DNA of 64,000 nt from assembly GCA_040005235.1 (NCBI GenBank), contig JBDTZG010000014.1, positions 1 to 64,000 of the forward strand, given 5' to 3'. The notes beneath the pieces are model-generated. The model was not told the origin of the DNA, ran no database searches, and saw only the letters and a list, made by a program, of their open reading frames with translations. The position numbers and the translations under genes are program-made. Below are positions 54,301 to 63,300 of this stretch, in pieces (position 1 is the stretch's first letter; each line of letters opens with the position of its first letter). Source of the stretch: Acidobacteriota bacterium. GTDB taxonomy: Bacteria; Acidobacteriota; Thermoanaerobaculia; Multivoradales; UBA5704.

Positions 54301-57300
54301 CGCTGGAGATTTCCCAGGCACCCGGCGACTTGGCCTACGTTCTCTACACCTCCGGATCGACCGGCTTGCCCAAGGGCGTAATGATCGACCACCGCGGCGC
54401 CGTGAACACTATTCTCGACGTCAATCGCCGCTTTGCGCTGGGCCCCAACGACGCAGTTCTCGCCGTGTCATCCTTGAGCTTCGATCTTTCGGTCTTTGAC
54501 ATCTTTGGTCTCCTCGCCGCAGGAGGCAAGGTGATCGTGCCGGAGCCCGGGACCAGCCGGGATGCCGAACGATGGGTGGAGCTTCTGCACCGCGAAGGCG
54601 TGACGCTGTGGAATACGGTGCCTGCGCTCTTTGAGATGCTGGTGGAGCACGTGTCGGGTCGGCCGGATCTCCTACCGCCGCCCCTTCGGTTTGCGTTGCT
54701 CTCCGGCGACTGGATTCCTCTGTCGCTTCCCGATCGCGCCCGTCAGGCTCTTCCGGGTATCGAGGTGGTCAGCCTGGGAGGTGCCACGGAAGCGTCGATC
54801 TGGTCCATTCTCTATCCCGTCGCCGAAGTTGCGGGCGATTGGAAAAGCATCCCGTACGGCCGGCCGATGCTCAATCAGTCCTTTTCTGTCCTCGACGGCC
54901 AGCTCGAGGCGCGGCCGGTGTGGGTTCCGGGGCAACTGTACATCGGCGGTATCGGTCTGGCGCTCGGCTACTGGCGCGACGAGGAAAGGACGAGAGCCAG
55001 CTTCATCCGTCATCCACGCACCGGCGAACGCCTGTACCGCACCGGCGATCTCGGTCGATACCTGCCCGATGCAACGATCGAGTTCCTGGGGCGCGAGGAC
55101 TTCCAGGTCAAGATCCATGGCTATCGCATCGAGCTTGGAGAGATCGAGGCCACTCTTTCTCAACACCCGGCGGTGCGCGAATGCGTGGTCGCCGCGCCGG
55201 GCTCACCACAAGGTGCCCGCCGTTTGGTGGCCTACGTGGTTCCAGGCTCCGACCCTGTCGCTGTGAAGAGCGCGAAGACCGAGTCGGCACAGGTGGCGCA
55301 GTGGCAGGCGCTGTTCGACGCCACGTACGGTGCGTCAACCGGTAGAGAGGCCACCTTCGACATCGCCGGGTGGAAAAGTAGCTATGGCGGCGATATACCG
55401 CCGGAGGAGATGCAGCGCTGGGTTTCTTCCACCGTGGAGCGCATTCTGGCCCTGCGGCCCCGGCGCGTACTGGAGATCGGCTGCGGTACGGGCCTGCTTC
55501 TGTTTCGGATCGCCCCTTTCTGCGAGCATTACCGAGGCACCGATCTTTCGGCGGAGGCCCTGGCGTCGATCCATCGCCAGATCGCGGCAGCGGGTATCAA
55601 GCTGCCCCAAATACAGCTTGCTCAATCCGCTGCGGACGACTTCACCGGCGTCGCGTCCGGCGAATTTGATTTGGTGATCATCAACTCGGTCATTCAGTAT
55701 TTCCCGGATGTTGGATATCTGCTTCGGGTGGTCGAGGGAGCGGCAGGAGTTGTCTCACCCGGCGGCCATATCTTCGTGGGCGATGTACGTGACTTGACGA
55801 CGCTTCCCGCCTTTTACGCCTCCATCGAGCAGGCGCTGTCACTGGTCGACCTCGGACAGGAAGAGCTGCGGCGAAGGATCGAGCAGCGTACGGCGAAGGA
55901 AGAGGAATTGGTGGTCAGCCCCGATTTCTTCAGGGCACTTGCAGACCGGCTGCCGGCGGTTCAGGGTGCGGTGATGGAGCCGAAGCGCGGGCGCGACCGC
56001 AATGAGTTGGTCAACTATCGGTACGACGTGACGCTCTTGATCGACCCTCCGGCCGCGCCTCGCCAAGTCCGCTGGCAGGACTGGCAGGACGTCGGCGGAA
56101 CCCTTGCCGCTCTGTGCGACCGGTGGCGCGCCTCAGAAGGCGAGCCGATAGGCGTTCGCGGCATACCGAGCTCACGGCTCACCGGGGATCTCGCCCGGTG
56201 GGCCGATCCCGCACGAGGACCGGACGGATCATCGGCCGGGGCCGTCGAAGCTGTCGATCCGGAAGATTTGTTCCATCTTGGCCAGGAGCTCCGTTGCGGT
56301 ACGACCTTGACCGTTTGCGGCGCGGACCGCCCCGGTGCTCTCGATCTCGTCCTTTGGCCCCTCACAGCATTGGACTCGTCGACGCCTTTTTGGCTCCCGG
56401 CCGAACCGCATTTCGGAGAGCCGAGGTGGAAGTTCTGGGCCAACGATCCATCGAGGCCGCAGCTGGCACATACCTTGGTTCCAAAGCTGACCGCCTTCCT
56501 GCGCGAAAAGTTGCCCGACTACATGGTGCCGGGCGTTTTCGTGATCCTCGACGGTTTACCGCTCACCGCCAATGGCAAGGTTGACCGCAGCGCCTTGCCC
56601 GCGCCCGGCATCGATCCCGAGGCTGCGCCCGGACTCCACGTCGCTCCGCGAACGCCCACCGAGCAAGCGGTGGCGGAAATCTGGTCTCAGGTGCTGCGCG
56701 CGGAGCGGGTGGGTGTCGAGGACAACTTCTTCGACCTGGGAGGCCATTCGCTCCTCGCGATCCAGGTGCTTTCTCGACTGCGTCAGCAACTGAAAGTCGA
56801 AGTTCCGGTTCAAACCCTTTTCGAGTCCGCAACGGTCGCCGGTCTGTCGAGAGAGATCGACGTTCTCCTGCAGCGATCGATTCCGGAAGACGGCGCGCGT
56901 CTCCAGCCTGTATCGCGCGATCAACGACTGCCGCTTTCCTTCTCACAAAAGCGGCTTTGGTTTCTCGATCGCTTAGTTCCGGGGAATGCTTTCTACAACA
57001 TTCCAGCGGGCGTTCGAATGAAAGGAAAAGCGGACCTACGGTCTCTCGCCGCGGCGATCAACGAGATCGTCCGCCGCCATGAAACCCTGCGAACGACGTT
57101 TGCCGAAGCGGATGGCGAACCCTTCCAGGTGATCGCACCGGGGATTCACGTGGCGGTGCCTCACGTCGATCTGCGGAATCTGTCCGATGCAGCAGGAGAG
57201 GCGGAGATCGTGCGCCTGATGAACGAGGAGGCAAAACGCCCGTTCGACCTCGCGGCCGGACCCATGCTGCGCGCCTTCACCCTCTGGCGGGCGGAGAACG

Positions 57301-60300
57301 ACTTCGTCCTCCTTCTCACGTTGCATCACATCGTTTCCGACGGCTGGTCGATGGGCGTCTTCTATCGCGAGCTTCAGGCTCTCTACTCGGCATTTTCCGC
57401 GGGTCGGCCTTCTCCTCTGGCCCCTCTGCCCATCCAGTACGCCGATTTCGCCTACTGGCAGAATCAAGCTCTGCAAGGGGAGCTGCGCGAGGCTCACCTG
57501 TCTTTCTGGCGCGAGCAGCTCGGCGGCTTGCCGTTATTGGAGCTTCCCACCGACCGCCCAAGACCACGTTTCGAGAGCTTCCGCGGCTCCATGGTGTCGG
57601 CCCTGCTCGATCGTACCCTCGTGAGCTCTCTAAAGGCGATGAGCCAGCGCTGCGAGGCCACGTTGTTCATGACGATCCTCGCCGGGTTTAAGGTCTTCTT
57701 GGCGCGATACTCACGGCAGTGGGAAATTGTCGCGGGCTCGGCGGCTGCCGCGCGCAATCGCCCTGAGCTCGAAGGGTTGATCGGATTCTTCCTCAATATG
57801 CTGGTCCTGCGCACCGACCTGTCCGGCAAACCCAGCTTCGAGGCGGCGGTGCGGCGGGTTCGCCAGGTCACCTTGGACGCCTACTCTCATCAGGACCTGC
57901 CTTTCGAAATTTTGGTGGACGAGTTGCAGCCGGAACGCGATCCGAGCCGGAACCCGCTCTGTCAAGTTCTACTGATGTACCAGAACTACCCCGTAGAAGA
58001 GCGCGGGCTCGAGGGCGATTCCCTGAGGCTCATGAAGGTCGATAGCGGTACAGCCAAGTTTGATCTCGTCCTGTTCGTAGACGATGTGGAGCAGGGCTTG
58101 CAGGTAAAGCTGGAGTTCAACACCGATCTTTTCGACCGGACGACGGCGCGGCGGGCGCTCGGGCAATTTGAGATCCTGTTGCGTTCGGCGATGGCGACTC
58201 CGGAGCGGTCGATCACCGATCTGCCGATGATCGACGACGTGGAGAGGCATCAGGTTCTGACCGAATGGAACGACACGGAACATCGATACGCGACGGCGGA
58301 ACGTATCGAAGAGCTATTCGAACGCGCGGCGGCTCGCCAGCCGAATGCCGTGGCAGTGGTGTTCGAAGACGTCGTGCTCACGTACCGACAGCTCGACGAA
58401 CTGGCCAACCAGTTGGCTTGGCGGCTGACAGCTCTCGGCGCGGGCCCAGGAAGCTACATAGCGGTCTATTTGGAACGATCGGCGGCAATGATCCCGGCCC
58501 TGCTCGGTATCCTCAAGGCAGGCGGAGCCTATGTTCCCTTGGAAGTGACCTACCCGGAGGCGCGGATCGAATGGATCCTGGATCGACTGGACATCCGCTT
58601 CGCGGTCACCCAGGCGAGTCTGTCGGCGGCCATCGGCAACCTTGGAGCGGGTTCCTTAAAGACGGTATGCATTGATGACGCCTTGGTGCTCGCCACGCAC
58701 CCGCGGAACCGTCCGGTTCTACCGCTCATTGAAAATGGCATGGCCTACGTCATCTTCACTTCAGGTTCCACCGGTACACCCAAGGGCGTCATGGTGCGCC
58801 ATCGTGCCGTTGTCAATCTAATCGACTGGATTGGCCGCGAACACCGGATCGGTTCGCGGGATCGGGTGCTTTTCGTCACATCCCTTTGCTTCGACCTTTC
58901 GGTCTACGACGTCTTTGGTCTCCTGGCGGCGGGTGGATCGATTCGCGTGGTCTCTGCGGCGGACGTGCGAGATCCGCAACGCCTGCTACAGATTCTGATG
59001 ACCGAGCCCATCACCTTTTGGGATTCGGCTCCGGCCACCTTGCAGCAGTTGGTCCCTTACTTTCCGGTCACGCCACACGAGATCGATCTGCGTCTGGTCT
59101 TTTTGAGCGGAGATTGGATTCCCGTTGGGCTTCCGGACGACGTGCGCGCGAGCTTCCCCGGCACTCAGGTGATCAGCCTTGGCGGTGCTACGGAGGCGAC
59201 GGTGTGGTCCAACTCTTTTCCCATAGGAGAGGTCGAGGCGCATTGGGTGAGCATTCCCTACGGTCGTCCGATGCAGAACGCCCGCTACCACGCCCTGGAC
59301 TCCGATTTCGAGCCGGCGCCTATCGGCGTTCCGGGCGATCTTTACATTGCGGGCGACTGTCTCAGCTCGGGCTATGAGGACGCCGCACTCAGCGCCGAGA
59401 AATATCTGCCGGACCCTTTCTCCGGGCAGCCCGGGGAACGCATCTACAAGACGGGCGACCTGGTACGTTACCGGCCCGACGGAAACCTGGAGTTCCTCGG
59501 CCGCGCCGATCAGCAGGTCAAGGTGCGCGGATTCCGGATTGAGCTGGGGGAGATCGAAAGTTTGTTGGCACGGCATCCGGTGGTTGCGGACGCCGTAGTC
59601 GTGGTGCGCGAGGACGAGCCCGGCGATCAGCGCTTGGTGGCCTATGCCGTTCCGCGACAGGGGGAAGCGGTGTACGCGACCTCGGAGGAAGACTGGCAGC
59701 TACGCGTCGCCGAGTGGCAGACGATCTACGACAACATCTACGGCGATTCTTCCGCCGTGCTCGATCCTACTTTTAACATTTCCGGGTGGCGAAGCAGCTA
59801 CACCGGGCGACCGCTTCCTGCCGAGGAGATGCTGGAGTGGGTGGACGATACGGTCTCCCGCATCCTCGCGCTGCGGCCACGGCGGGTGCTCGAGATCGGT
59901 TGCGGCACCGGACTGCTTCTCTTCCGCGTGGCGCCGCACTGCCGCTCTTATTGGGCCACCGACTTCTCACGCACCGCGCTGCAGGCGATCCGTCGAACCC
60001 TCGGCAGTCCGGGACTGGAACTGCCTCAGGTCCGCCTATTCGAGCGCTTGGCCGACGATTTCGAGGGCCTTCAGGCGGGTTCGTTCGATCTGGTGCTCAT
60101 CAACTCGGTGATCCAGTACTTCCCGAGCCTGGATTATCTCAGCAAGGTGGTGTCCGGGGCCGCGTCCCTCCTTTCACCCGGGGGACATCTTTTCGTGGGC
60201 GACGTGCGGAGCCTTCCGCTTCTCTCGACGTTCCATACCTCGGTGCAACTCTCTCAGGCGCCCCCGGATCTTTCCACGGAGACTCTGCGCCAAAACGTGC

Positions 60301-63300
60301 GAGAGGGTCTTACCCAGGAAGAGGAATTGGTCGTTGCCCCGGCCTTCTTTACCGAGATCGAACAGCGGGTACCCGGCTTAGGTTCAACCCGTATCCTGCT
60401 CAAGCGCGGCGCCATCGACAACGAGCTTAATCGCTATCGCTATGATGTCATCTGCGCTGCGGACCACGGTGAAGCTCAGGCTCCGGAGCCGTGTCATTGG
60501 TTGGCTTGGAAGGAGGAGGCCTGGACGCTTCCCGGCATCGCGCAGTTTTTGAAAGAGACAACCCCAAGCGTGATCGGTTTTTTCGGCGTGCCGAACGCGC
60601 GCCTGGCCGGAGACGCGGAGCTGGAGAGGCTCCTCTCCGATCCGGCCGGACCGGAGACGGTCGGCCAACTTCGAATCGCCATCGCGGCGAGGCCGGAGGT
60701 TGGAGTGGACCCCTCGGAGCTCTGGTCCTCGGGTGAGGTCTTGGGATTTTCCGTCGAAGTCTCCTGGTCGTCGGCGGGCAAAGAGTACTTCGACGTGGTC
60801 TTCCGCGACTCCAGACTTGCGATCCTTCCGGTGTGTCCTCCGGATCGGGATCAGACGACGGAAGAGCCGCAGGTCCTTGCCAACGATCCCCTTCAGGCGC
60901 GGGTACAGCAGCGACTGGCGTCCGCTCTCCGTGCCTGGCTGCAACAGCACCTTCCGCCCTACATGATGCCGTCAGATTTCGTGCTGTTGCAATCCGTGCC
61001 GCTGACACCTAACGGTAAGCTCGATCGAAATTCGCTGCCGATTCCGACACGACGGTCCGGGGGAGCGATCGGCGTACCTCGCAATCCCTTGGAGCAAAAG
61101 CTGGCTGAGATTTGGGCCGAAGTGCTGGGTGTCGAGCAAGTGGGTGTGTTTGACAATTTCTTCGAGCTTGGAGGCCATTCCCTGCTTGCCACGCAGGTGA
61201 TGGCTCGAGTAGCCCAAGCGGTAGGTGAGGAGGTTCCCCTCCGCTCCTTGTTCGAAAACCCAACGGTCGCCGGCCTTGCGGCGAGCTTCGGGCGTTGGCA
61301 GAGTGCGGCGGGTGTGGCGACACTTCCACGGATCGAACCGATTTCCCGCGTTCGGCCTCTCGCACTCTCGTACTCCCAACTCCGCCTCTGGCTGCTGGAC
61401 CGTTTGGCTCCGGGCAATGTCGCCTACAGCATTCCGACCGCGCTTCGGATGGTCGGAAGTCTTGCGCCGGCGATCCTCGCCGCGAGTTTGAGCGAGATCG
61501 TTCGTCGCCATGAGACATTGCGGACGACCTTTTTCCTCGATGGCGATGAACCGGTGCAGGTCATCGCGTCGGCGCGACCCTTGCCTCTTCCCATCATCGA
61601 TCTGAGCGCACTGCCCGCCGAACACTTGGATACCTGCGCCGGCGGACTCAAAGCCTGGCATGCCGCCCGTCCCTTCGACCTGGAGGTAGGCCCGCTGCTA
61701 CGAGTCTGCCTGCTACGTTTCAGCGAACGCGAACACTGGGCGCTCGCCAACCTGCATCACATCGTGGGTGATGGTTGGTCGGTGGGGCTCCTCATTCGCG
61801 AGCTGGCAGCTCTTTACGAGGCGGCGATCGCCGGCCGGCCATCGCCGCTGCCGCCGCTACCGGTCCAATATGCGGACTACGCTCACTGGCAGCGTCAGAG
61901 GGTGCGCGGAGCCCGCCTCTCGACTCTCCTCGACTACTGGCGGCAGCGGCTGGAGGGTGCGCCGGCCGTTCTCGATCTGCCCATGGATCGGCCTCGACCG
62001 GAGGTGCAGACATACGATGGAAACCTAATGTCGGTTCTGGTGCCGACAGGGGTCGTGGCGGAGTTGCGAGCCGTCATTCGCTCCGAATCGGCGACCTTGT
62101 TCATGGCGTTCCTCGCGCTGTTCGGTACCTTGCTCCGCCGCACGACCCGATCTGAAAACTTTGTGATCGGTACGGCCATCGCAGGACGAGCTCAGGTGGA
62201 GATCGAGAGCCTCATCGGTTTCTTCGTGAACACCCTGGCCTTGCCCTTGGATGTTTCAGGCGATCCTGAGTTTTCCGTCCTCCTGCGCCAGGCGAGAGAG
62301 ACGGCCCTGGGCGCTATTGCGAATCAAGAGCTGCCCTTCGAGAAACTCGTCGACGAGCTCCAGCCCGAGCGCTCGCTGAGCCATTCGCCGATTTTTCAGG
62401 TCGCCCTTGTGATTCAAAACACCGCCTGGTCGAGCCTTGACCTTCCCGGGTTGACCCTCAGCCAAGTGAGCTCCGGAGCGCCAACCGCGAAATACGATCT
62501 GACTCTCCTCGCCGAAGAGCGCGGCGACAAACTCGCGGTCGTGTTCGAGTACAACTCAGGACTGTTCGACCGCACGACCATCGCCCGCCTGCTGTCGCAC
62601 CTCATGATCCTGCTCAAGGGCGCTGCCGCGGATCCCCTCCAACGCCTATCCGAATTGAGCTTGATGTCCGCTGCCGAGACGCATCAACTTTTCTGCGAGT
62701 GGAACGACTCGCAGGTGGCGCGGCCGGAAGCAGCGTCCTGCATCCATCAACTCTTTGCCGCCCAAACGCAGCGCACTCCCGAGGCGGTGGCTGTCCGGGT
62801 TGGCGACGCGGCGCTCAGCTATCGTGAGCTCGATCTGCGTACCAACCGGCTTGCCCGGCACCTGCGCGCGCGAGGCGTCGGGGTCGAGTCGCGGATCGGC
62901 GTATTCATCGATCGCTCGTTCGAAATGCCGGTGGCCCTGTTGGCAATCCTCAAAGCGGGTGGTGCCTATCTGCCGTTGGACCCGACGATTCCGGGTCCGC
63001 GCCTGGCCCAGATGCTGAGCGACGGTGGCGTCGAGCTCGGGCTGACCGCTGCGCGATTCATGGCCACCCTCCCCCCGGAGACGCCAAGACCGATCGACTG
63101 GATTGCCATCGATTCCGATGGGCCGGAGTTTAGCGACGATCCATTGGTCGGCGGTGCGGTGCCGGAGAACTTGGCTTACGTGATCTACACCTCGGGATCG
63201 ACGGGCCTGCCTAAAGGCGTGATGATTCCCCACGCAGCGATCGCGAACCGACTTCTTTGGATGCAAGAGCGATTTCCCTTAAGCCCGTCGGACCGGGTAC

